DNA from: an uncultured Bacteroidales bacterium
GTDB taxonomy: Bacteria > Bacteroidota > Bacteroidia > Bacteroidales > VadinHA17
Length of the DNA stretch: 64,000 nt
Direction: 5' to 3'
Assembly (NCBI GenBank): GCA_963737255.1
Contig: CAVTSB010000010.1
Location: forward strand, 71,492-135,491
Each line of letters opens with the position of its first letter. Position 1 is the first letter of the stretch. A program made the translations under genes and the position numbers. Shown piece by piece: positions 11,010 to 21,367 of the stretch. A model generated the notes under the pieces. That model had not been told where the DNA came from. It ran no database searches and saw only the letters and a list, made by a program, of their open reading frames with translations.

Positions 11010-11040
11010 CGGATTACTGTTTTTTGTATCCGGATTACTG
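11010..11040. promoter_or_regulatory. Perfect 10-bp direct repeat CGGATTACTG, two copies with 21-bp periodicity (candidate AraC-type operator)
   Basis: Copies at 11010..11019 and 11031..11040. The extended form is TAT(A/C)CGGATTACTG. The pair lies about 40 bp upstream of the -7 box of the AraC gene, inside the divergent hydrolase/AraC intergenic region. Confidence 0.45.
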
Positions 11041-11080
11041 ATAATTCATTTCAGTGTTTATCATATAGATAAATATACTT

Positions 11081-11088
11081 TACATTTG
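11081..11088 (+). promoter_or_regulatory. Bacteroidota -7 promoter box (TAnnTTTG) for the AraC-family gene
   Basis: TACATTTG lies 23 nt upstream of the ATG at 11111 in an AT-rich context. Confidence 0.5.
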
Positions 11089-11110
11089 AGAATATTTAAA
11101 ATACAGAGTT

Positions 11111-12007
11111 ATGAACGATATAATTAAACTGGATTATATTTCCCAATTCAATACCTTGAGGGGGATTGAAACATTTCATCCTTTAGTCAGTGTATTTGAG
11201 TTTTCAAAAATGAAACTCATTCCGGAAGCAAGGGCTCACTACGGGTTTTATTGTGTTTTCCTGAAAGAAGCGAAATGCGGCGATTTGAAATACGGGTGTA
11301 ATTATTACGATTACCAGGAAGGTACACTGGTGTTTATTGCCCCTGGCCAGATAGTCGGGATAGGGAGCAAACCCGCGGCTGCCATGCCCAAAGGCTGGGG
11401 ACTCCTCTTTCATCCCGATTTGATCCGGGGAACTTCGCTTGGGCAGAATATTAAAAAGTATAATTTCTTCTCATACGAAGTCAATGAAGCACTTCACGTT
11501 TCGGAAAAGGAAAGACAGGTTGTATTAGACTGCCTGAATAACATCGATCATGAGCTGAGGCAATCAATTGATAAACATAGTAAAATACTGATCGCAAATA
11601 ATATCGAGTTGCTTCTCAATTATTGCATGAGATATTACGACCGGCAGTTCATTACCCGAAGTCTTATAAACAAAGATATATTGGGAAGATTCGAGAAATT
11701 GCTCGACAATTATTTTCATTCCGAGCTCGTCCACACCATTGGTTTGCCAACAGTTAAGTATTGCGCTGACCAGTTGCATCTGTCGGCCAATTATTTTGGA
11801 GACCTGATAAAGAAGGAAACAGGGAAATCCGCTCAGGAAAATATCCAGTTATGGGTAATGTCACTTGCCAAGGAGAGAATCTATGACAATAGTAAAACCT
11901 TTAGCGAAATAGCGTATGAGCTAGGATTTAAAAGTCCCCAGCATTTTAGCCGTATGTTTAAAAATGAAACCGGACAAACCCCAAATGAATACCGGACTTT
12001 AAACTAA
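11111..12007 (+). CDS. AraC-family transcriptional regulator
   Basis: 298 aa. The C-terminal double HTH is typical of AraC/XylS (CADQLHLSANYFGDLIKKETGKSAQENIQLWVMSLAKERI...IAYELGFKSPQHFSRMFKNETGQTPNEYR). Confidence 0.9.
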   Translation: MNDIIKLDYISQFNTLRGIETFHPLVSVFEFSKMKLIPEARAHYGFYCVFLKEAKCGDLKYGCNYYDYQEGTLVFIAPGQIVGIGSKPAAAMPKGWGLLFHPDLIRGTSLGQNIKKYNFFSYEVNEALHVSEKERQVVLDCLNNIDHELRQSIDKHSKILIANNIELLLNYCMRYYDRQFITRSLINKDILGRFEKLLDNYFHSELVHTIGLPTVKYCADQLHLSANYFGDLIKKETGKSAQENIQLWVMSLAKERIYDNSKTFSEIAYELGFKSPQHFSRMFKNETGQTPNEYRTLN

Positions 12008-12100
12008 TTGCCAGGTTTTACTGATTCTGCAGGCGGCGGCTGACTTAAAGCATTTTATTTTGGTTACGGATCAGAAGCCTGTCTTTTTTGCAAGGCAAAC

Positions 12101-13345
12101 TTAACTGGCCTTTATATTGTAAGCCATCAGGGCATTGGAGTGCCTTATATAAAGAATTCCGTTGTGGATTACAGGGTGTGCCCAGAATGGTCCGGAACTG
12201 CCCTGTGTAATCTGAAAACTGCTGACAAGGTCGAATTTTTCAGGATTAGCCCTCAGAAGACCCACGTTCCCGCTTTTTTCATCATAAATGTAAAGCATAC
12301 CTTCCGCGGAAATAATGGAGCCTTTATTATTCCAGTGTTCTTCCCACATTTTTTTGCCTGTGTTCCATTCAATGCAGCACCAGTTGCCGTTACCGTTATT
12401 CAGCCAGTTTGAACCGTATATATACCCGTTAACAAGCACAACTCCTCCATGGTGAACATCGAGCACATCGTCCGTCCAGACTGTAGTTGCGCTTTTCCCA
12501 TCTTTACCGATTTCGACCATCATGCCGCCTGTATCATATCCGCCCGTAACATATACTCTTCCGTTATAGAATATCGGGGTTACACATTTGATAAGATCCC
12601 TTCCACCTGCTCTGGCCAGATGAGCCACTTTCCAGAGAATTTCGCCATTAGAAGCATCTACTGCGAAAACATGTCCCAATGAAACGTTTATGATCATTTT
12701 CTTTCCTGCATAGGTAATAAGGATAGGCGAAACATAGCCCGGCTTATCATTCAGACTTGCAGATTTCCAGATAAGTTTTCCCGTTGTTTTATTAAGGGCA
12801 ATTGTCATTGTCTCGGGCCCCCCTGGTGAATAATATACCTTGTCGCCATCAATCAGAAGCGATTCTGCTATGCCCCAGCTTCCATAGGTTCCCTTGTGAA
12901 GCTCGCTGGCCTTGTACGACCAGATAATTTTGCCGGAATTCCCGTCAACGCAGGCAAGATCGCCAGATCCGCTAGTACAATAAACCCTGTTACCTTCCAC
13001 TGTAGGAGTAGCCCTGCTTTCCGGATTGGATTGGGTCCAGGACCGGCCAAAAATAGTCTTCCACAGTATCTTTCCGTTCAAATCCAAAGCATAAAGTACG
13101 TCGTCATTGCCTATGTTTCCTGTTGTATATATTTTATTGTTCCCAAATGAAACCGATGAGTAACCCCTGGCAAGATCGATGTTTGACCACAGCAGTGAAG
13201 GTCCGTTTGCAGGCCATGATTTTAGAAGTCCTGTCTCTGCGGAGATTCCCGTACGGTTTTCTTCACGCCACTCACTTATTTCCTGCGCTCCGACAACACC
13301 TGAAACCATTGAAAAAAGAATTATTGATAAAGTTGCATTTCTCAT
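12101..13345 (-). CDS. PQQ-like (BamB-type) beta-propeller repeat protein, intact distant paralog D
   Basis: 414 aa with a signal peptide (MRNATLSIILFSMVSGVVGAQE). It carries repeated propeller-blade motifs (GKILWK, GKIIWSY, GKLIWKS, GEILWKV, GKKMWE) and ends PVIHNGILYIRHSNALMAY. Confidence 0.8.
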   Translation of the reverse strand: MRNATLSIILFSMVSGVVGAQEISEWREENRTGISAETGLLKSWPANGPSLLWSNIDLARGYSSVSFGNNKIYTTGNIGNDDVLYALDLNGKILWKTIFGRSWTQSNPESRATPTVEGNRVYCTSGSGDLACVDGNSGKIIWSYKASELHKGTYGSWGIAESLLIDGDKVYYSPGGPETMTIALNKTTGKLIWKSASLNDKPGYVSPILITYAGKKMIINVSLGHVFAVDASNGEILWKVAHLARAGGRDLIKCVTPIFYNGRVYVTGGYDTGGMMVEIGKDGKSATTVWTDDVLDVHHGGVVLVNGYIYGSNWLNNGNGNWCCIEWNTGKKMWEEHWNNKGSIISAEGMLYIYDEKSGNVGLLRANPEKFDLVSSFQITQGSSGPFWAHPVIHNGILYIRHSNALMAYNIKAS

Positions 13346-13676
13346 TTTTTTCAGTTTTTGTTATTTGTTAATTCAATTTTGAATGTAGCCTTTTTCAAAC
13401 CGCAAATATCATAAAATCATACTTCGAAAAGAATAGAATTATATTAAATAGTAAAAAAACGTCTTAATCACGAAAAAAACAGCTGGGAACCGTAGTTTAA
13501 TAATCCAGCATTCCGTACCCGAAGCCCCGCACAAACAAAATACTTAATTAATATATTAAACCTAAACAGCATTATTTCTTAATATATGATATATAATATC
13601 TCTTTTTACTATCATTTATTATTTATAAGTTGATAATTATTTTATATTAATTATTTTTATGAATCATTTTAATTAT

Positions 13677-13684
13677 TAGTTTTG
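13677..13684 (+). promoter_or_regulatory. Bacteroidota -7 promoter box (TAnnTTTG) for asnB
   Basis: TAGTTTTG sits at the end of a ~300-bp very AT-rich tract. This implies a ~95-nt leader before the ATG at 13788. Confidence 0.45.
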
Positions 13685-13787
13685 CACCCGGGCGAGCTTT
13701 AAAAGATAGCCAGGTGGGCTATTTGAGCGAAGGCGCCAGTCTGAATGGGAGGAACGAGAAAACAGAAATACTAAAACAGTTAAGATT

Positions 13788-15455
13788 ATGTGTGGGATCG
13801 TGGGAGTTTTTGACCTGAAGGTCAATCATACGGAACTGAAGACAACTGTCCTGAAAATGTCTAAAAAAGTGAGGCATCGAGGTCCTGACTGGTCAGGGAT
13901 CTTTTGTTGTGAAAAAGCAATAATGGCTCATGAAAGGCTCTCAATAGTTGATCCCCAGTCAGGCGGACAGCCGCTCTACAGCAGCGACAGGAACCTGATA
14001 CTGGCGGTGAACGGTGAAATATATAACCATCAGGAGATCAGGAAACGCTATGAAAGCACATACGAGTTCCAGACTCATTCTGATTGTGAGGTTATACTTC
14101 CACTTTACCGTGAAAAGGGTCCGGAATTCCTTGAAGAAATGAACGGTATTTTTGCTTTTGCCTTGTATGATAGGGTAAAGGATTGTTATTTCATTGCACG
14201 TGATCATATAGGAATAGTTCCTCTCTATATGGGTTGGGATGAGAAAGGCAATTTCTACGTGGCGTCGGAGCTTAAGGCCCTTGAAGGTGTCTGCAGAAAA
14301 ATACAGGAGTTTTTACCCGGCCATTACCTTTACAGTAAGGATGGCGTGATGAAAAAATGGTACACCCGCGACTGGATGAAGTTTGATGCTGTCAGGGATA
14401 ATGTAACCTCAATCGACGATCTGAGGGCCGCTCTCGAAAAGTCCGTTCACCGGCAACTGATGTCCGACGTGCCCTATGGCGTACTTCTTTCCGGTGGACT
14501 CGATTCTTCGGTTGTATCTGCCATTGCCAGGAAATTTGCTCCCAAAAGAATAGAGTCGGGTGACACAACTGAAGCCTGGTGGCCTCAATTGCACTCATTT
14601 GCCGTCGGACTCACCGGATCACCCGACCTTGCTGCTGCAAGAAAAGTTGCTGACCACATCGGCACCGTTCATCATGAGATCAATTTCACTGTTGAGGAGG
14701 GTCTTGATGCAATCCGGGATGTGATTTACCATATTGAAACTTACGATGTAACCACTGTAAGAGCTTCAACACCTATGTATCTCCTGGCAAGGGTTATAAA
14801 ATCTATGGGAGTGAAGATGGTCCTTTCAGGTGAAGGCGCTGATGAAATCTTCGGCGGATATCTTTATTTTCATAAGGCTCCAAGTGCTGAAGCTCTGCAT
14901 GAGGAAACCGTTAGAAAACTCAGCAAATTACATCTTTATGACTGTCTGAGGGCCAATAAATCACTCGCTGCCTGGGGCGTTGAAGGGAGGGTACCTTTCC
15001 TTGACAAGGAATTCATGGATGTGGCAATGCGGCTCAATCCAAAAGACAAGATGTCGTCAAAGGACCGTATGGAAAAGTGGGTCCTAAGGAAAGCTTTCGA
15101 GGATTACCTTCCGGCCAGTGTTGCCTGGAGGCAGAAAGAACAGTTTTCCGATGGTGTAGGATATAACTGGATAGATACACTTAAAGCACTTTCTTCGGGG
15201 GAAGTATCGGATGAACAGCTTGCAAATGCCGCATACCGTTTCCCTGTTAACCCTCCTATGTCAAAGGAAGAGTATTTCTACAGGTCGATATTCGCTGAAC
15301 ATTTTCCGTCCGATCAGGCAGCAGCATGCGTACCTTCAGTCCCGTCAGTTGCATGCAGCACTGCTGAAGCACTTGCGTGGGATGCATCTTTCAGCAAGAT
15401 GAACGACCCTTCAGGAAGAGCTGTTAAAAATGTGCATATTGATTCTTACAAATAA
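13788..15455 (+). CDS. asnB: Asparagine synthase B (glutamine-hydrolysing)
   Basis: 555 aa. It has an N-terminal MCGIVGVF (Cys2 Ntn amidotransferase nucleophile) and the SGGLDSS PP-loop, and resembles AsnB along its full length. Confidence 0.95.
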   Translation: MCGIVGVFDLKVNHTELKTTVLKMSKKVRHRGPDWSGIFCCEKAIMAHERLSIVDPQSGGQPLYSSDRNLILAVNGEIYNHQEIRKRYESTYEFQTHSDCEVILPLYREKGPEFLEEMNGIFAFALYDRVKDCYFIARDHIGIVPLYMGWDEKGNFYVASELKALEGVCRKIQEFLPGHYLYSKDGVMKKWYTRDWMKFDAVRDNVTSIDDLRAALEKSVHRQLMSDVPYGVLLSGGLDSSVVSAIARKFAPKRIESGDTTEAWWPQLHSFAVGLTGSPDLAAARKVADHIGTVHHEINFTVEEGLDAIRDVIYHIETYDVTTVRASTPMYLLARVIKSMGVKMVLSGEGADEIFGGYLYFHKAPSAEALHEETVRKLSKLHLYDCLRANKSLAAWGVEGRVPFLDKEFMDVAMRLNPKDKMSSKDRMEKWVLRKAFEDYLPASVAWRQKEQFSDGVGYNWIDTLKALSSGEVSDEQLANAAYRFPVNPPMSKEEYFYRSIFAEHFPSDQAAACVPSVPSVACSTAEALAWDASFSKMNDPSGRAVKNVHIDSYK

Positions 15456-15535
15456 ACCTGCTTTTAAAAATCCATTGTCTTTTATCCGGGAAATATTATA
15501 ATTTAACGCAGTCGTTAAATTAATATCCCTGACGT

Positions 15536-16597
15536 ATGGAAGATGAAGATCTCAAGATACTTAAAATACTGATTTACATTATTATATTCCTGCTTTTCGG
15601 AATAATAATAATTACCTGTAAACCCGGGCCTGTTGATTATATAATAACTGTCAACGGTCAGATTCCGGCTACAGAAATGGGCCGTACACTTGAGCATGAA
15701 CATATCCTTGTCGATTTTATCGGCGCCGACAGCACAGGATATTTTCGCTGGAATAAAGAAAGGGTTATTGAAAAAGTTATGCCCTTCGTTGCGGAAGCAA
15801 AAGAAAAAGGACTGCAAACATTTATTGAGTGCACTCCTGTCTTTCTTGGACGTGATCCGCTTCTGTTGAAAGAGCTTTCCGAAAAAACAGGAATAAAATT
15901 CATTACTAACACAGGATATTACGGCGCCAGAAGCAACCTTTTCATTCCCGATAGCTTCCATTCTTCAGATGCATCACAGGTGGCTGACCTGTGGATCAGG
16001 GAGTTTGAAAAAGGGATTGATGATTCAGGTATCAGGCCCGGATTCATCAAGATCGGGGTCAATCCGGATGACACCCTGTCTCCAGAACACGTTAAGATAA
16101 TAACTGCGGCCGCACTTACTCATCTTAAGACCGGAATGGTGATTTCCTCACATACCGGATCGGATGGTCCGGCTTTTGAGCAGATTGCCATATTAAAGGA
16201 AATGGGCGTCGATCCGTCTGCCTTTATCTGGGTGCATGCCCAGGGAGGAACATCTGAAGGAAACATTCGGGCAGCAAAGGAGGGGGCCTGGATCTCGCTT
16301 GATAATGTCCGGTCCAGGGCAGATTCAAATCCGGGTGAACCAGGTACAATAGAGTGGTACTGTAACAGGATATCTGAACTGAAGAAGAACGGATTGCTTC
16401 ACAAGATCCTTATTTCTCATGATTCGGGGTGGTACGATCCTGCAAAGCCTGAGGGGGGTACAATCAACGGCTATACCGATATTTTTGACTCTCTGATCCC
16501 TGCCCTTAAGTCATCCGGATTTACCGATGATGAAATTGACCAGATCCTTATCACAAATCCTGCCGAAGCATTTAAAATCAAGATTCGAAAACTATAA
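15536..16597 (+). CDS. Phosphotriesterase-family (amidohydrolase-fold) hydrolase with N-terminal membrane/lipid anchor
   Basis: 353 aa with a hydrophobic N-terminus ending IIIITC. The metal-binding TLEHEHILVDF (HxH) motif and later SHTG and WVHAQ motifs are typical of PTE/PHP-family proteins. Confidence 0.75.
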   Translation: MEDEDLKILKILIYIIIFLLFGIIIITCKPGPVDYIITVNGQIPATEMGRTLEHEHILVDFIGADSTGYFRWNKERVIEKVMPFVAEAKEKGLQTFIECTPVFLGRDPLLLKELSEKTGIKFITNTGYYGARSNLFIPDSFHSSDASQVADLWIREFEKGIDDSGIRPGFIKIGVNPDDTLSPEHVKIITAAALTHLKTGMVISSHTGSDGPAFEQIAILKEMGVDPSAFIWVHAQGGTSEGNIRAAKEGAWISLDNVRSRADSNPGEPGTIEWYCNRISELKKNGLLHKILISHDSGWYDPAKPEGGTINGYTDIFDSLIPALKSSGFTDDEIDQILITNPAEAFKIKIRKL

Positions 16598-16725
16598 TAT
16601 ATTATTTATTTACTGATACATAACTAAATTAATTAAAGTATTTGTTCATTCCTGAAGACTATTTTAATTTTTACTTTTATCTTTTTCCTTTTATCTTTTA
16701 TCTTTTATTATTTGAATCTTAAACC

Positions 16726-18166
16726 ATGATGAACCTCCGAATACCCGGCGCTCTGTGCGCTTCTGTTGCCCTTGTCTCATGCAGCCAGTCAAACAAGGAG
16801 AAACCGGTTCCCAACATAATCTACATTCTTGCTGATGATCTTGGTTACGGCGACCTCAGCTGTTACGGTCAGACCAGATTCTCAACACCAAATATTGACA
16901 GGCTGGCTCAACAGGGGATGCTTTTCCGCCAGCATTACACCGGGTGTACGGTCAGCGCTCCATCACGCTCGTGCCTGATGACAGGCCTTCATACCGGACA
17001 TACACCTATCCGGGGGAACAGGGAATGGGAAACAGAAGGACAATGGCCATTGCCGGCAGCTTCGGTAACAGTCGCTGAAATGCTGAAGACCAGGGGTTAT
17101 ACAACAGGAGCCTTCGGAAAATGGGGCCTGGGATTTATCGATACTGAAGGTGATCCCAATTCGCAGGGCTTTGATGAGTTCTTCGGATATAACTGCCAGC
17201 GGCTTGCACATAACTACTATCCTGATCATCTGTGGCACAATCAGAGAGAAGATTATTCTTCATGAAAATGATTCAGGAATGACCGGGATCTACAGTCCTG
17301 ACATAATTCATAAGGCAGCACTCGACTTCCTCGAAGCTAATAAAAGCAAGCCGTTCTTCCTGTTTTACCCTACCACCATACCTCATGCAGAACTCTTTGC
17401 AAAAGAAGAATATATGAAAAGGTTCAGAAGTAAATTTCAACCTGAAAAACAATTTGAAGGAACCGATGGCGGACCAGATTTCAGGCTTGGTCCTTATGGA
17501 TCGCAGCCCGAAGCACATGCTGCATTTGCGGCCATGGTAACTGAGCTCGATGATTATGTTGGTGAAATTCTGTCAAAGCTTGAGGAACTAGGGCTTGAGA
17601 AAAACACAATTGTGATCTTTGCCTCTGATAACGGCCCGCATCTTGAAGGTGGCGCCGATCCTGATTATTTTAACAGTAATGGAAACCTTCAGGGATATAA
17701 ACGCGATATGTACGAAGGTGGAATAAGAACTTCAATGCTTGTACGCTGGCCTGAAAAGATCAAACCCGGATCAGTATCAGACCATATCTCGGCTTTCTGG
17801 GATATCAAGCCGACCTTTGCAGAAATCACGGGCGCGGAAATGTCCGGCGAAACTGACGGAATATCTTTCCTTCCTGCTCTCCTTGGTAAGAATAGTCTTC
17901 AGAAACAGCACGAGTATCTTTACTGGGAGTTCCATGAACAGGGCGGCAAGGTTGCAGCCAGAATGGGCAACTGGAAGGCTGTACTGCGTGATTTTAACAA
18001 AATCCCCAGGGGTGCCACCGAACTTTATGACCTTACGAAGGATATCGGAGAAACAAATGATGTATCATCATCAAATCCGGAAATCGTAAAAAAAATGGAG
18101 GAAATTTTTAAAAATGCCCATACTCCATCTGAAATATTTCCCTTCTCGAATGAAGTCAAAAACTAA
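16726..18166 (+). pseudogene. Ser-type sulfatase 1, one frameshift (~17225-17245)
   Basis: ORF 16726..17265 carries PNIIYILADDLGYGDLSCYG and the FGly motif TVSAPSRSCLMTG (S-x-P-x-R). It stops after YYPDHLWHN. ORF 17150..18166 continues in frame +1 with EKIILHEN...IVIFASDNGPH...YEGGIR. Confidence 0.85.
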
Positions 18167-18179
18167 TTCCTGCTACACA

Positions 18180-19668
18180 ATGAAAAAACTTAACCTCCTG
18201 ACAGGCGCTATAGGACTTGTTTCTGCTGCCACTATTCAGACAAGCTGTACACAACAGGTTGAAAAACCAAACGTAATTCTGATAGTTGCCGACGACCTGG
18301 GCTATGGGGATGTCAGCTGCTACGGGGCGACAAGCCTTAAAACGCCAAATATTGACAGGCTTGCGAGCCGGGGCTTACGGTTTACAAATGCCCATTGCAC
18401 ATCGGCAACCAGCACACCTTCGCGATACTCTCTCCTCACCGGGGAATATGCATGGCGAAGGGAAGGGACAAATGTCCTGCCCGGCGATGCTTCAGCCATT
18501 ATTCTTCCCGGGCGCACAACCATTGCAACGGTGATGAAGAATGCAGGTTACACAACAGGGGTGGTCGGTAAATGGCACCTTGGACTCGGTCCTGAAGGAG
18601 GTCCTGACTGGAATGGGGAAATCTATGTCTGGTCCGTTGGATATTGGATTTGACTATAATTTCCTTATTCCTGCAACCGGCGACAGGGTGCCCTGTGTCT
18701 TCGTTGAGAACAGGAGGAGTTGTCAACCTGGATCCTGCTGATCCGATTACGGTCAACTATAATAAGAAAGTCGGTGACTGGCCTACAGGCACGGAGAATC
18801 CGGAATTGCTGAAAATGCACCCCAGTCATGGACACGACATGACAATCGTGAACGGGATGAGCCGGATTGGATTATATGACCGGCGGAAGATCCGCCCTGT
18901 GGGTTGATGAGGATATTGCCGATGTTATTACCGGAAAGGCAGTTAATTTCATAGAAGAAAACAGAGATAATCCATTCTTCCTGTATTTTGCAACCCACGA
19001 CATCCATGTACCCAGGATGCCAAATCAAAGGTTTGAAGGTAAAAGCGGGATGGGTCCAAGGGGAGATGCCATCCTTGAATTCGACTGGTCAGTGGGTGAG
19101 ATCATGAAAACGGTTGAGGAACTTGAGTCTTTCAGAGAATACAATAATCATTGTAACAAGCGATAATGGACCTGTTGTTGATGACGGGTACAGGGATCAG
19201 GCTGTGGAACTTCTCGGCAGTCATAAACCAGCCGGCCCGCTGCGCGGTGGCAAATACAGTGCTTTCGACGGTGGAACGCGTGTCATCTTTATAACCAGCT
19301 GGAATGGACAAATAAAAGCAGGTGAATCGGATGCACTCTTCAGCCAGATTGATCTGATGGCTTCATTTGCAGAACTTACGGGGCAGACACTTGCAGATGG
19401 AGACGGACCCGACAGTTTCAGCCACCTCAATGCCCTCCTGGGAAAATCAGAGACCGGAAGAGAATGGCTTGTCGAACAGCAAGCGAGAAACAAACTTGGT
19501 TTGATAAGGGATGACTGGAAATATATTGAACCCGGAAGAGGCCCTAAGATCCAGGTCAATACAAATACCGAAACCGGGAATGATCCAGTTCCTCAGCTTT
19601 ATAATCTCAAAACCGATCTCGGCGAAAGGAATAATGTTGCATTAGAGAATCCTGCTATTGTTAAGTGA
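18180..19668 (+). pseudogene. Ser-type sulfatase 2, four frameshifts
   Basis: The start is MKKLNLLTGAIGLVSAATIQTSC and the FGly motif is SATSTPSRYSLLTG. Sulfatase-like sequence moves through frames 3,1,2,3,1 (fragments 18114..18653, 18541..18741, 18644..18907, 18867..19166, 19114..19668). Confidence 0.85.
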
Positions 19669-19737
19669 ATTAACTGATCTTGCTAAAAAACGTAAGAGAG
19701 GGAACAATGGTTAACAAATTAATTCCTCCCGATAACT

Positions 19738-21278
19738 ATGATTAACCTTAGATCTGCAATTGGTTTAGGAGTTCTTGCATCAACACCCCTGACTCTTTCA
19801 ACCGCAGCCGGAAAATCCGAAAAGCCAAAACCAAATGTTATCTTCATCCTTCTCGATGACTTTGGTTATTCAGACCTTGGCTGCTACGGCAGCAGGTTTT
19901 ACGAAACACCGAATATTGACCGTCTTGCAAGTCAGGGAATCAGATTTACAGATGCCTATGCAGCCTGTCCGGTTTCATCACCGACCAGGGCTTCAATATT
20001 GACCGGAAGATATCCTGTCAACACCGGTATCACCGACTGGATACCGGGAAGACAGGCTACAAACAGCGGTTCTCCTGCTGATAAGCTGATCGCACTGCCA
20101 TTCAAGCTGCAACTTGATAGCTTGAAGAGGTAACTATTGCCGAAATCCTTAAGAAAAACGGCTACACGACAATGATTTCAGGTAAATGGCATCTGGGCGA
20201 AACCGAAGAATACTGGCCTGAAAACCAGGGATTCGATATGAACAAAGGAGGATTCAGCAAAGGGGCAGCCACAGAAAAACAGCAAATGCAAACGGATACT
20301 TTTCTCCTTATGGAAATCCAAGGCTTGAAGATGGTCCTGAAGGTGAATATCTTACTGATCGGCAGACAGATGAAGCAATCAAATTCATTGAAAAGATCAG
20401 GGGATGAGACCATTCTTCCTTTATCTTTCATATCTATGCTGTTCATAATCCGATGCAGGGAAAGGAGGAGCACATTGCAGAAATTCACTGCCAAAGCTGA
20501 TTCAATGGGGCTCTCACAGGCGTTGATCCTTTTACAAGGGATAAGGATTGGATCAGGCCATCGATGAGCGATAACTTCAAGGAAAGAATTATCCAGAGCA
20601 ATCCTGTATATGCTGCAATGATATACAGTGTTGATGAGAATATAGGAAAACTTGTTGCGGAACTTGAAGCCTTCGGTCTTGATGAAAACACTGTGATAAT
20701 TTTTACTTCGGATAATGGCGGACTCTCAACTTCTGAAGGCTCTCCAACATGCAATTCTCCGCTGAGGGCAGGGAAAGGATGGCTTTATGAGGGAGGTATC
20801 AGGGTGCCTCTTATAATAAAATATCCCGGTAAAGATCAGGGCAGGTTCTGAAAGGAAAACACCTGTCTCATCAGTTGATTTCTTCTCAACAATTGTTGAA
20901 TTTACAGGTTCGGATAACTTCCTACGGACAAACTGATGGTGTCAGCATGGTACCGCTGTTCAAGAAGGACAGAATGAAGGAGCGTCCTATTTTCTGGCAT
21001 TATCCGCATTATTCAAATCAGGGTGTCGAGCCGGGAAGCGCAGTGAGACTCGGGAAATACAAGCTCATTGACAATTTCGAAAAAGGAAGACAGGAACTTT
21101 ATGATCTTGAGAATGATCTTTCCGAAACAAAGGATATTTCTGCTCAAATTCCGGAAAAAACAAAGGAATTGTTTAAATTGCTTAAAGACTGGAGAATGAA
21201 ACAAATGCAAAAATGATGGTGCCAAATCCGCCTGGAATGGTTCATCCACAACCCACTGATGGGAGCTGGCTAAAGTGA
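19738..21278 (+). pseudogene. Ser-type sulfatase 3, about nine frameshifts
   Basis: The N-terminal fragment has PNVIFILLDDFGYSDLGCYG and the FGly motif CPVSSPTRASILTG. Later conserved pieces are scattered over all three frames: [120 protein letters not shown]. This is a hand tally. Confidence 0.8.
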
Positions 21279-21367
21279 ACGGATCCGTGGTTGCCGTATA
21301 AACCGGAATTCACTCTTCTGCCTCCCGGGAGGGTTAAAATACACTGTGTAAACGAAAATAGAGTCCT

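Noticed and set aside
12040-12095. Possible relic of a propeller-gene 3' end. acggatcagaagcctg (12066..12081) is identical to 196..211 inside paralog A, and ttaaagcatt is shared nearby.
   Set aside because: One 16-mer match is about what chance gives for all-against-all comparison within 64 kb on both strands. The flanks diverge immediately. It is suggestive because of its position downstream of paralog D, but I cannot support it without an alignment statistic.
15515-15961. 148-aa minus-strand ORF overlapping the start of the phosphotriesterase-family gene.
   Set aside because: The plus-strand ORF carries the HxH metal motif and full-length family resemblance. The minus-strand product has no recognisable features.
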